Assembly (NCBI RefSeq): GCF_009914755.1
Contig: NC_060934.1
Reading direction: 5' to 3' (one strand)
DNA length: 64,000 nt
Source of the DNA: the human T2T-CHM13v2.0 reference genome, Homo sapiens
A program made the translations under genes and the position numbers. Under the pieces are notes generated by a model. It was not told the DNA's origin. It made no database searches and was given only the letters and a program-made list of their open reading frames with translations. Of the stretch, positions 15,581 through 30,754 are shown in pieces (position 1 is the stretch's first letter; each line of letters begins with the position of its first letter).

Positions 15581-15894
15581 GGCTATTTCATATTTCTTCT
15601 AACCGGGGAGAAATAGAATTTATAGGCAATAAGAAAAACATTTTTAAATCATAAGGGGACAAATTGCACTGGGTGGCATTTCTATCTTTCCCTATCTGCA
15701 CCTGCAAAGAATAGTAGGGATATAATAAATCACCTACAAGACATTCATCCAGAGCCTGGAGCTCTGGGAGGAAGGGAGAAAAACAGAAGACAAGCATCAC
15801 CGGCATTGGGCCCTGGGTAGACAGTAAATTGATATCTCTGTCACCATAGTCACGAAGCACGTTGTGAATAATAAAGCAGATCATGAGATCCTGA

Positions 15895-16040
15895 CAAAGC
15901 CTCAGTTTTCTCATTTGAAAAGTGGAGAATATTAGTACCTACCTGATGGGCTTTGGGTGAGTTTCAAGTGAGATAGTGTGTTACTGTATTTATTACAGTG
16001 CTAATCAATAAAAGTTGCTATCACTATTATAATTATTTTC
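15895..16040 (+). mobile_element. MIR SINE fragment
   Basis: AAGCCTCAGTTTTCTCATTTGAAAAGTGGAGAATATTAGTACCTACCT core. Confidence 0.75.
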
Positions 16041-17144
16041 ACTTAATTACTAACATTACCACTGCTAAAACGGGTCCAGCCTTGCCATGCCAACTCCATT
16101 CACTCCACCTCCTAACTCCTTCCAGAGAAACCAATGGGTTTTACCTGCTGATTAACATTGCTCTCATCTCTGAGTTTTCAGATATATTGGTCTAGCTGTG
16201 GAGAAAGCTGATTTCTAGAAAGTTAGTCCTTTCCTCAGGGAATTGTGCCAGTAGGGAAATTGCAAGACAAACAATGAAAGAAGCATAATTTCTTTTTATT
16301 TACTTGTTCTAAACTGAAACATTCTTAACAGAAACCTGCAACTCAGAAACAGAAGGCTAACAAGACAGAAACCAATACGTGGCTAAAGAAATACCTTACA
16401 TTAATTCAGGGACACAGACGCTACAGAAAGATACCTTTGGCAGGTGACAAGATTCAGGTTTGTCAGGGGACATGAGGAATGAATGTAGTAGTTCAGCTTT
16501 GAAAGGCATTCAGTGAAGGTCATGTTAAGTTCTCTACTGGGAAAATTTTTTTTCCTGTGTTGTATTCATAGTACTTGGATAATTTATTTTAGGTTCATTC
16601 ATTTACTTATTTTACTTCTTACCATCCTTATGGTCAGAACTTTGAGTTTTGATGGTCCCTCGGAAGTGGTCAAGGGATCCAGTCAGTTGCAAAAGACAGC
16701 AGGCTCTTTACTATGTCAAAGTGAGGGCACAAATAAATTGGTCTTCCTGTCAAACCTAGTCCAGAGTAAGTTGTTGCCCCAACAAGCTGTGTTCTCAAAG
16801 CCCGGAGAATCACTCAGGTGTCCTGGCCTGGTTGGGTGGATGAGCTTGTATCAGGAGGCTAGGGAAAGAGGGATCTGCAAAGAGAGGAGGCAGAATGGAT
16901 CCGATTCTTGGCTAATCAGGAAAAGGGCTAATTTCTTCAACCGAGAGGTATACAATCCAAAGGAATTTGCATTTCTTTCCCAGAGAATGAAAAATTACAT
17001 TCAAAGAAGCAGCTTTTGAGACTGACTACAACATTGTATGTGGTCAATTTGGCTAGATATATAGAGACGGTAGGGAGGTTCATCATCTGTAGATTGCTAG
17101 GCTGAGGCCTGGAAAAGGGTTAGGAAGGGCAGGGTGGTAAAATG

Positions 17145-17335
17145 AGAAGGCTATAGGGCTTTGGAGACAGACTGTGTTCCCACTCTATCACTTGCTAGCT
17201 CTGGGTCACTGAGAAAATTAGTTTTCCCCTTGTCAGCTCTAGGATTTTCATCTGTAAAACAATCTTAATAATACCCAAATCAAAGATCAAATAAAAGGAT
17301 ACTTGTGAAAAAAAATTATAAAGTATGCATCCCAT
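17145..17335 (+). mobile_element. MIR SINE fragment
   Basis: GGCTTTGGAGACAGAC..CACTTGCTAGCTCTGGGTCACTGAG..TTTTCATCTGTAAAAC. Confidence 0.7.
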
Positions 17336-17538
17336 GTAGAAAGTTCTGTTGGTTTGTAGAATCAAGTGGGTTTCTATCAAAGTTTGAAGAGAATCAAGGG
17401 ATATGTTTGTCTGGTGACATCATCACTGTAAACAGCAACAGCTTTCCATAAGTCCTACAGTGCTAGGCAGCAAGGACATTGGTCTGTTCCAAAGTAGCAA
17501 TATTTACATTCCACATACTTTCTGTTAAAAGATTTCTG

Positions 17539-17656
17539 GTGTTCAGTTAGACAGCACATATACTAAAATTGGAACAATACAGAGAAGATCAGCATTTGCC
17601 CCTGAGCAAAGATGACAGGAAAATTCATGAAGCAGTCCACAAATTAAAAAAAAAAA
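17539..17656 (+). pseudogene. U6 snRNA processed (retro)pseudogene
   Basis: Full-length U6 homology (CAGCACATATACTAAAATTGGAACAATACAGAGAAGATCAGCAT..GCCCCTGAGCAAAGATGAC..AAATTCATGAAGC) followed by A11. Degenerate TSD AAAGATTTCTG (17528-17538) / AAAGACTCCTG (17661-17671). Confidence 0.93.
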
Positions 17657-18414
17657 TGAGAAAGACTCCTGCAATGCACTGCAAGGATAATATATTAAAA
17701 ATAAAAATAAGTGGATCTTAGTATAAATGTCATAAATGTATATTGGGGAAACAAACATTTTGCAGGGAGAAAGCTGTAGTGCTTTACTCATTTACTCAGA
17801 CACTTCTGGAAGTAATGTATAACCAGGACATTTTGTCATGAAGTAGCAGAATAACTTTCCTTTCTTATCCCATAATCAGGAGCTGGCCTAGAATAAGAAC
17901 TGAGCTCCTTAGATATCAAGTTCAATATTTCATCAACAAGAACAGGCTTTTCCTTGAGAAGGGCATCCCTAATAGCTCCTACCCTTATTTTGTTCTAATT
18001 TCTGATGAATTTTGCCACAGTAGAGTAGTGAAACTTGCTGACTATAGAGAGAGCTGATTTCAGCAGGAGTTACAGAATTTAGCCTAGAGAAAAACTGAGC
18101 TGAGAAGAGAAAAATCCTGTTAGGACCATTTTCTTCATTCCTATATGGCTGAGGCTGGGCCTTCCTGGCAGCACATCTTTGATGACTTTGTCCAGTTGAG
18201 TTTTAAATAATTCAAGTGATTGGCCTCCTATTGTATCTCCTGGGAGCTCATTCCATCATAGAAAGGAGCTGACTCTTGGGAAGTCTTTCTTGACATAATA
18301 TTATTGTGTATGATTGTCTCCCCCACACCTCCAACAACTAGTTCTTGTGTATGATTTCTTCATATTCTTCATACATTTTCTATTAAATTTTACATCACAA
18401 AGAAATAAATATGA

Positions 18415-18642
18415 ATGGAAGGAAGGAAGCAAGAAAGGAGGGAGACAGGGAGGAAGGAAGGAAGGGAAAGAAGGAAGGAAGGAAGGAAAGAAGGAAGGAA
18501 GGAAGGAAAGAAGGAAGGAAGGAAAGAAGGAAGGAAGGGAAGGAAGGAAGGAAGAAGGAAGGAAGGGGGAAGAGGGAAGGGGAAAGGGAAGGGGAAGGGA
18601 GGGAAGGAGGAGGGGGGATGGGAGAGGGAGGGAGGGAAAGAA
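18415..18642. repeat. (GGAA/GAAA)n purine-rich compound microsatellite
   Basis: Read directly; purine-only from 18447 to 18618. Confidence 0.95.
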
Positions 18643-19217
18643 ACAAGTAATGGAGGTTAGATGTGATGGGATGGGGGATGAGGTGGGGTTGTTGGCTGAT
18701 AGGAGAAGGGAGAGGAGGCAGACAGTAAAGTATAGACTAAAAGAAAGGACTGGTTGTTGGGGAGATGAGGGAGACAAAACACTAAAAGAAAGAACTAGTT
18801 GGAGGGTGGTATGGACATCCCTCAGCATGAATTTAAGGAGGCAGCAACAGTCCAAAATCAATAGTAAATCCTCTTCCTAATTTCTACCTCTCTCTGAGCC
18901 TAAAGACATTGATCTTAATAATCTCAGTGGATTTAATCAACTCTACAGTTGTTAACCTTAAATTGATATTTAATCCATTTACAAACTAATCCGTAGCTAT
19001 CCATATTAACGTGCACAAAAAAGCTTGTGTACCAGTCCCGAGGAGGAATGTGGAGTGAGGCTGAGAGAGGCAGCTTAACTTCCCCCTACTTGGGGACTTA
19101 GCTGTTGCTTTTCCACGGATCACCACCAACCTCCATAGACACCAAGTTCACACTCCTTTGTGTCTATCCACTTTTGAACTTTGTGTTCCAAAAGGAATGC
19201 ATACCTGACGGAACTAA

Positions 19218-21104
<1,887 letters not shown>

Positions 21105-21384
21105 AAGAAATGAGTAGAGAAGACTATAGATCACAAGGGGGGATCCGCGGTTTCCAGGGCCAGATTCTTCCCCACCCTGTCTGTAAAGGTCAAGGGCAGA
21201 GTTCCCAGATGAGTGCCATAAAGACAAACTCTAATGGTTCTGTTGAAAAAAAGGAAAAAAGACACCCAAAAATGGGATCAATTTTTGTATCAGTGTTTCT
21301 TCACATTAGCCAAGAGTAGGTACGTTTTAACCGGAATCAAGCTTGGCTCCACTTAATATGCATTGAACTCCACGGTTTCCAGAT

Positions 21385-22400
21385 TTTCATGACATCTCGA
21401 ATCTACCTCCTGTTTAACTGCACACTCCCTACAAGGACTATCTGTGTTCTCAAAACAAAATTCCAAATCCTCAACACTGTGCACCAGGCCCTGCCTGATC
21501 TGGTCTTTATTTGTCTTTCCAACCTTCCCTCTGGCCACCTTCCCCGCTTCAGGCCTACAATGGCCATCATCAGCTTTCTAAAGGGTGGCACGCACCTCCT
21601 CTGTGCCTTGGGGGCTTCTACATGCACAGTCCCCTTGCCTTTTACTGCATCCTCTGATATCCTCCCCTTCCCCTGAGTAATCCCCGCTCACCTCTAATAC
21701 CACCTTAATTATTCCATCTTCAGGGAAAGCTTCTCTGACCACTTCCACTCCCAGGCTAGGTCAGGTCCCTCTCACAGAACTTCGCATCCAAGGCAGGTAT
21801 AATTATTATTTTTTTAACTTTTATGTTCAGGGATACAAGTGCAGGTTTGTTATATAGGTAAATTTGTGTCATGGGGATTTGTTATACAGATTATCTCATC
21901 ACCCAGGTATTAAGCCTAGTACCCATTAGTTATTTTTCTGATCCTATCCCTCCTCCCACCCTCTACCCTCCAAAAGGTCCCAGTGTGTGTTGTTCCCCTC
22001 TATGTGTCCATGTGTTCTCATTATTTAGCTCCCACTTATAAGTGAGAACATGTGATATTTGGCTTTCTGTTCCTGCATTAGTTTGCTAAGAATAATGACC
22101 TGAGCCCCATTTATGTCCCTGCAAAGGAATGATCTCATTCTTTTTTATGGTTGCATAGTATTCCATGGTATCTATGTACCACATTTTATTTATCCAGTCT
22201 ATCATTAATGGGCATTTAGGTTGATTCCATGTCTTTGCTATTGTGAATAGCAGAGCAGGTATAACTAAACACATAATCATATGGTTCACAGGTAAGGGAA
22301 AGCACTTCCCTGGACTATAAACTCCAAGAGGACAGATACCCGATGTCCTTTGCTCACCTGTGTCTATAGGTCCTACTAATGCCTTGTGTATACTGGAAAC
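21385..22400 (+). mobile_element. L2 LINE fragment split by an L1PA13-like insertion
   Basis: AAAATTCCAAATCCTCAACA..AGGCCCTGCCTGATCTGG..GGAAAGCTTCTCTGACC before the L1; resumes with CTGGACTATAAACTCCAAGAGGACAG after it. Confidence 0.7.
21803..22254 (-). mobile_element. L1PA13-like 3' fragment
   Basis: Antisense 3'UTR TACAAGTGCAGGTTTGTTATATAGGTAAA..CACCCAGGTATTAAGCCTAGTACCCATTAG. TSD GCAGGTATAA at 21793-21802 and 22255-22264. Confidence 0.9.
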
Positions 22401-22914
22401 CTACCCCTTTTTTGCAAGAAAAATGGCAGTGTAGGTTACAGCCCATACTTAGAAGCAGGCCTGTCTATAGCAAGGTGCGAACCCTAGGATGCAGAGGTAT
22501 GTGGTAGTTGTTCAAATTGAATAAAACAATTAAAATCTATCGTTATCTGTTCTTTAAGTGGAGTAAAAGAAGCCTTTCCCAGCTGGAAACTAGTTTGTTG
22601 CCAGTTCAAGTTATCAAAGCAATCCTCCAAGGGCCTCAACAAGTACCTTCTGGTGGGTTGCAGGGTTTAGTCAACACGTGGTCAGAGACACATACCTCCT
22701 CAAAATAGTGACCCGTCTCCTGGGCATTTTATCCATTTTCCTATTATACTTTCCTCAACTTCTTAGAATATATTACTTTTCTGATTTAAATTGTTAATCC
22801 ACTGAGAAGAGAACACATCTTTGTTTCCTACAACAGCCAGTGCACAGTTAAATAATGCTTACAATAATATTTAAGGGTAACAACCATAGAACATGCCGGG
22901 GGAATATTAAGAAG

Positions 22915-23215
22915 TTTTTCTTTTTTTTTTTTTTTAAGACAGAGTTTCGCTCTTGTTGCCCAGGCTGGAGTGCAATGGTGCATCTCGGCTCACCACAACC
23001 TCCGCCCCCTGTGTTCTATCGATTTTCCTGCTTCAGCCTCCCGAGTAGCTGGGATTATAGGCACGTACCACCATACCTGGCTAATTTTGTATTTTTAGTA
23101 GAGATGGGGTTTCTCCATATTGGTCAGGCTGGTCTTGAACTCCCAACCTCAGATGATCCACCTGCCTCGGCCTCCCAAAGTGCTGGGATTACAGGCCTGA
23201 GCCACCACGCCTGGC
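22915..23215 (-). mobile_element. AluSp
   Basis: GAGTTTCGCTCTTGTTGCCC, GTTTCTCCATATTGGTCAGG and GAACTCCCAACCTC; poly(T) tail. Confidence 0.9.
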
Positions 23216-24714
23216 AAGAAGATCTTATTTTTTTTTCCTTATATAGTAAAGAGTTAATTGTGATATTCAAATCTAAGTTACACATGAGCAAGAAGAGTGA
23301 AGAGATTCAACAGTGTTACTAGACAGACACAAATCATCAATTATCCAGAGGCTGTATCAGCCAAAGACACAAGTGAAGGCAACTGGTAAATAGCCCAGTG
23401 GCTACAGGAACCACTGAAACACGTGAAAAATCGCGCACATTCAGGAGAAAGTGATAGTTCCAGAAGCCTCTTCAGGGAATAAAATCTTGAAAATTTGGAG
23501 AAGTGGGAATGAACAGCGTTAAGGGCCCTGAGAGGAAGACATAGGCACCTGAAAAGTGTCTAAGCAGGACCACAGCACCATCATCATTGCATCCTGTTAA
23601 GGTTGAGTTGGTAAAGGAGCTTCCCACACAGCCTCAGCTGGTGCCGGGGACACAAGGAGATAGCACAGAAGCAGTAGCTCATGTTCCCAACTTTTCTGTA
23701 AGTCCTGTAATGAACACAAAGAGGTCAATAGCAGGTGATATACTACAAAGGTCCAAATTAACCTGCTATGCTTCAGACCCATAGGCCCAAGAGGAAGTGG
23801 GCAGGCAAAGGGACATAGTCAGAACCTCACTGCTTTGTAACACCCTCTTTCACTGCTACCTCAGGAGTCTCTTCTAACCCTGACTGCTCCTGCTCTCATG
23901 CCTGTGTCACCCACCTGGAACTGAGGTTTTGATATTCCTAGTGGTCAGTATTCTTAGCATGGAGCTGCCTTGTCTCTCCAAGTAGAACCAAGAAACTGTG
24001 GTGTGCCTCCTGCCACTGTCTTGCTTGGTCGCCTCCACACATGGAACAGGTGTGGCTGCTGAACAAATCTTACACTTGAAAATGGTCTTGCTCTTCATCC
24101 AAGTCATGCAGGTAGAAAACATCAGGCTCATCCCACCAGTCTCTCCTGATATTGTTTGATCCTAATGCTGACCTCCTAACTGAATAGCTGAACATTTTCA
24201 GGCCTGTCTGTTTATTGCAGACACCCTCTGATGAAACATCAAAGAGGCCACAGCATGCTTCTTGTGGAACCAACCACAATAGTGGAATTTTCTTTCCTTT
24301 CTCTGGTTTGAACAATGTATATTTGTGATGCAGGTGGCCCAGCTTCATTCTCTGCTGCATTTTTTAATTAGTGTCGTTTCTGGGTCGTGTTGTTGGTGTC
24401 CTGGTGCTTGTTCTTAGATGCTGTGCTATGTGAACGGCCTGTGAGGGCTCTTGTGTTTCCTTATTGGAATCTGGGTATATTCTTCAAAGAAGGTTGTTTT
24501 TTAAGGATGTTTTGGCTGCATGGAATTGTTTAGTTCTTACTTTTCTCCAAAATGCATCCATAATTTGCCCTGCTCTACAGTGATTGAAAACTTGGGTATA
24601 TAATCTTGAACTAAGATAAAATGGGAAAGAAAAATTGGACCTTTCTTCATTTTTTTTATTAAAAAGTTAACAAGAAGACAACCCAGGGAAAATTTTTACA
24701 TCTTTAATGTCAGC

Positions 24715-24900
24715 TATTAGGTAGGATAACAGAATGGAAATGGACTGGAATGAATTCAAATTTTGCTTTGGTACTACCTAGCCAAATGACCTCAAACAAT
24801 CTTCTCAACTGTTAAGGTAACAATTTCTTCTTCTGCAAAATGGAGGAATTACACTAATAAACCACCTGAAAAGACTTTCTTGGCTCTAACATTCTATGCA
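24715..24900 (+). mobile_element. MIR3-like fragment
   Basis: CAATTTCTTCTTCTGCAAAATGGAGGAATTACACTA..TGGCTCTAACATTCTATG. Confidence 0.55.
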
Positions 24901-25139
24901 GATGTAGCACACCAATTTTAAAGGCTTAGAAATGCAACTGCTTTAGTCCAGTGGGAGATATGGACATGGCTAATATAAAAATCATCAGAACTTGTAAAGT
25001 CATTAGGTGAAATCTTTCATTTCCTTATATAAAAACATTCTCATTTCCTTCTATAAAACAGATTCTCATGCCTGTGGCCCCCATGATTGATGCTATTGTA
25101 TGAGGCAAGCAAAAGAGAAACTAGCAGGAAAGAAAAAAA

Positions 25140-25360
25140 TACTTACTCTAGATAGTGAGTATAGAGTAGTTCTAAGCACTTTGTGTACGTCATCTTACAA
25201 TCCTCACAACAGCTCAACCATAGGCATTTTTATCTCAATTTTATAGTTGAAATGGAGGCCTAGAGAAGTAAAGCAAGTTGCTTAAAGTTATATGACTAGT
25301 AATTGTGTTTCTCCAGATTAAGTCCAAATCTTGCTGATTTCATGGCTCTATTTTTATCCT
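25140..25360 (-). mobile_element. MIR SINE fragment
   Basis: TTCTAAGCACTTTG..ATCCTCACAACAGC..TTTTATAGTTGAAATGGAGGCCTAGAGAAGTAAAGCAAGTTGC. Confidence 0.7.
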
Positions 25361-25945
25361 ACCAAAACAATACTAAACAAATAAACAACAATAACAAAAA
25401 CAAAAACAACTTGAATTTACTATAAGGAAGGCAAACAATTCTTCAAAAGATTTTTTATTGACAGAAAAGAGAAGGGAAATGTTGTCTCATATTTGTGGTA
25501 TGGAAGATTCCTGGAGAAGATGGTCTTTTAGGAGCCTTTTCCTAGTCTCCATGGTATATCTGCCTCATTTTTACTGAAATGTGTATCTTCTGGTGGGATA
25601 AATTCATTGTCAATAGCAGCAACAGCGTCATCATCATCACACGTAAAACGGGGCATATGAGTACAGCTGACCCCCTTGTGAAAAACTGCCTTCCTTTGAT
25701 GTTTGGGAAAATGCAGATGATACTGATCTCCTGATCTTCAGCTCTGGAACAAGGAGGTTTCAATGAATTATAAAGAGACTGTGGCAGGAGGAAGAATTTG
25801 GAAATAGTCAAGTTCTAAACTACAACTCCTGTTACTCTGAGAAAGCACAGATTCTCCCATTAATGCCCAGCAGTTTCATCAGGAAATTCCTTCTAGCTAA
25901 CACTGACTTCATGGACTTTACCCTGGGTGTGGAATGGTTAAGGAG

Positions 25946-25991
25946 AACACAGAGTGTCTGTATAAGCTAACACAGAGTGTCTGTATAAGCT
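25946..25991. repeat. Perfect 23-bp tandem duplication
   Basis: AACACAGAGTGTCTGTATAAGCT at 25946-25968 and 25969-25991. Confidence 0.97.
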
Positions 25992-27009
25992 GAGCTCCAA
26001 AAATCTCCACCGTCTCCAGGGAAGAGGAGATTTTGAGGGCACTATATATTTCCCAGTAAGTGGTTGTATATAGTACAGTAGATGCTTATTAGGGAAACCC
26101 CTTGCCTACATGGAGGTTTCTGGCAGGGAGTCTATGAAGTAAACTGAGAGACACCTTTTCCCACCTACCACAAAGGCCCACATGAGTAGGAAAAAATGCA
26201 TGCTCATGGCCAGACAGGTGTATGTTGGTGTCATTGCTTCTCCTAGTCACTTCCTGAGGCACAACACCCAAACCATGTTCGTTAGCCCTATCTTTAGGTC
26301 CCTTACCCTCCATCCCTAACTCACATCTTCCCACCTCCTACCTTGTCATCCACAACAGTGCTTAGAATTTAATGAGATGTTGACTTGGTAGATTGAATAG
26401 TCCTGAAAACAGTGATTCAATCCCTAATGCTAAAAACTAGAAACTTTTCACATTGCTCTTTTGAGGAAATTGACATCCAAGGGTTCAGTCAACCTGTTTT
26501 CAGGCTGGTCTGGTAGAATTAATTCAGCATTTGCACACCCACAGTCACTGCTATCTACAAAGGCCATTTAAACCTATAAAGAAAACACATTGTTGCCTCC
26601 TGCTTAATCAATGGCTAAGTCTCTCTTTATCACATCCAATTTTTAAAAGTCCTAAAGTCAATGTGCTGGCTCTGGACCCTGAAAGAAGGACACAATGAAT
26701 GTTAGCTATTTCTTCCTGCTTTATACAAGGGACAGACATTTTGAGTTGTTTTCTGAATAGTAAAGGATCAGTATGCAGAGTTATTTACCCACTCTTTTTT
26801 GACCTCCACTCTCATCAGCTATATTTGATAACATGTTAAAAAACACAGATTCCCTACGACCTAGACATTACATACATAGGGCTTTGTAACTAGGAAAGGC
26901 ATGAAGGGCCAAATGGCCTGAGTTTCAAACTGTCTGAAGCTGGATGGAGCTTTGGACTGAACAGAGATCTCATTTATGATTTTGACATTAATAATAGCAT
27001 GTGCTTCTG

Positions 27010-27325
27010 TATTATTTGAGAGCATTGGAATTCAGGTAACAGATAATCACTGAGCTAGCTTAAGAATCAACATGGAAATTTATCATGAAGTTATTGGGGA
27101 AAGGGGGTCGCAGAAGCAAAAGACAGCAGCTGAATCTTAAGAAGAAGCTGGCATCAGGAAAGGATATAGTGTCAGGTATCCAGGGCACCTCTGCCTATGC
27201 ATTTCACATCTTTACCTGTTATCATCCATGCATTTGCTTTATCTGTCTCTGTCTGCAGACTAGCTCTCTTTACATACAGTCACATGGAACAAAGGGCTAT
27301 GTCACAGCTTCTCATCTGACTTTGT
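27010..27325 (-). mobile_element. Probable old MLT1-type MaLR LTR fragment
   Basis: CAGGTAACAGA..CTGAGCTAGCTTAAG..GGAAATTTAT.. resembles antisense MLT1 ends. Confidence 0.4.
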
Positions 27326-27329
27326 CAAT

Positions 27330-27980
27330 AGGAGAACAGACAAATTTGTGATATATCTATATAATAAAGTAATATTCAGCAATAAAAAGAAATGAACTAT
27401 GAAGCCATACAAATCATAGATGAATCTTAAATACATATCACTAAATGAAAGAAGGCAGCCCAGGAAAGCGTATTGTATGATTCCATTTATATTAAATTCT
27501 GGAAAGGGCAAAACTATATACATTCCAAATAGATCAGTGGTTACCAGAGCTTCAGGAGTGGAGAGAGGAGGGTTGAAGTGCAGGGGATTTTCTTTAGGGC
27601 AGTGAAATATGATAGTGTAATGGTGGATATATGACACTACACATTTTTTCCAAATTTCACAGAATTCTATACCACAAGGAGTAAACAATGTATGCAAATT
27701 TTCAAAGTCCTTTAAGAAGTCAATGGAACCTAAGGTAGAATACCGACTATAAGAAAAAAATTGACTGATTACAAATGTTTAAAAAAACTTCACTGAAAGG
27801 ACTGGAAGAAAAAGGTGCTAATCTGAGTAGCTCAGGAAATGAATGGAGTTTATACAACTAAATAAGGCAAAATTAACGTGTATAATATGTGCATGTAAGA
27901 TGCACTCTATTTGGTTTTTCCTGTGTGGTTGTAGATTAACAATTCTGAAACTAGTACATTTGTATACAGGAGTTCAACTT
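27330..27980 (+). mobile_element. Old L1M (L1MC/MD-type) 3' fragment
   Basis: TATTCAGCAATAAAAAGAAATGAACTA..TGTATGATTCCATTTATA..GGCAAAACTATA..AGATCAGTGGTTACCAG. Confidence 0.75.
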
Positions 27981-28516
27981 AGAACCATTAACTTAGAGGA
28001 GAAAAAATGAGCAATGAAAAAATATTGATATAATAAGAAATAAAAATAAGAGAAGCAGAATAATATTTTAACAAATAATGAATGCATGCTCACAAGACAG
28101 ATACAACGTCTTCCCAAGTGTTGAGAGAAAACAGGAGAAAGGAGTTCACAGCATGAAGATGGAGACAGCTTCCTTTAGTGCAGCTTTAACAAACTCGTGG
28201 ATGCAGTTCTAGTTCTTTCCCCCTGGAGCACAAAGCACACCCAAAGGGCGTGGTACCTCTGCCAGAGGTTCCACTTCCAGGAACCGACTGGAACCTAATG
28301 ACTACCTAAGAGAATTCGCTGTGACAGCTAGGCTCTTGCATGGATAATGAGCCAAGATTCAGAGCACAGAGTATAGAGAAGTCAAGAAGGGTCAAAATTC
28401 AAGAAGGGCAATCACAGGAAGGTCTGAATCTGGGAAAGTTTTTACTAATAGTTCTGAACCCATCACAGTACCCATTTAGTAGCCCATGTATATGCAGGCC
28501 ATAGGGCATCAAGGTA

Positions 28517-28519
<3 letters not shown>

Positions 28520-28552
<33 letters not shown>
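28520..28552. repeat. (TA)n microsatellite abutting an L1 tail
   Basis: About 16 TA units followed by poly(T). Confidence 0.95.
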
Positions 28553-30302
<1,750 letters not shown>

Positions 30303-30754
30303 TCCACAGATGAATTAATACCTAAAGAGAAAGCATCTGGATCTTGGAAACAAACTGACCAGAAAAGGCTTGGGATTTGGAAAGTGTAAATCAGCCTAAC
30401 GAGGTGGGTACGCAGTGTCTCATATTTCCTATCCTTCCATCTCACTTTCTCTAGAGCTCCAGCTTTAGCAATTACATAGCCTCATCATGACTTTCAGTTC
30501 TGTGACCTTGTTACTTTTTTCCTATTTTCACTGGTCACAGGTATTTCCCTTCTTACCCAGGTAGATCCCCTGTTCCTTTTTGTTCACTCATTTGCAAATG
30601 CATTGATGTTACTCCTCCCTCCATTGTACTCAAGAACCAGCCCCAACTAGAAAACCTATTCATATGTCAACAATGGTCCAATATCTACTTGGCCATAAAC
30701 TTGACTATGATACCATATGGAAACTGGGAACTGTGGTGGGGGAAATAGGGAGAT

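Noticed and set aside
16332-16443. Possible + strand exon (TTCTTAACAG ... CAG/GTGACA)
   Set aside because: Weak splice signals, no recognisable coding content and no partner exons.
16513-17019. 168-aa ORF
   Set aside because: Non-ATG start, no domain similarity I can recognise; length is plausible by chance in 64 kb.
18301-18880. Overlapping 186/188-aa ORFs on both strands
   Set aside because: Produced by the stop-free GGAA/TTCC low-complexity tract.
23900-24560. Unique stretch with 74-96-aa minus-strand ORFs, a possible acceptor at 24220 and a GT-rich block; considered as a processed pseudogene or exon
   Set aside because: No recognisable parent protein, no poly(A) or TSD, and no good donor or poly(A) signal in the right place.
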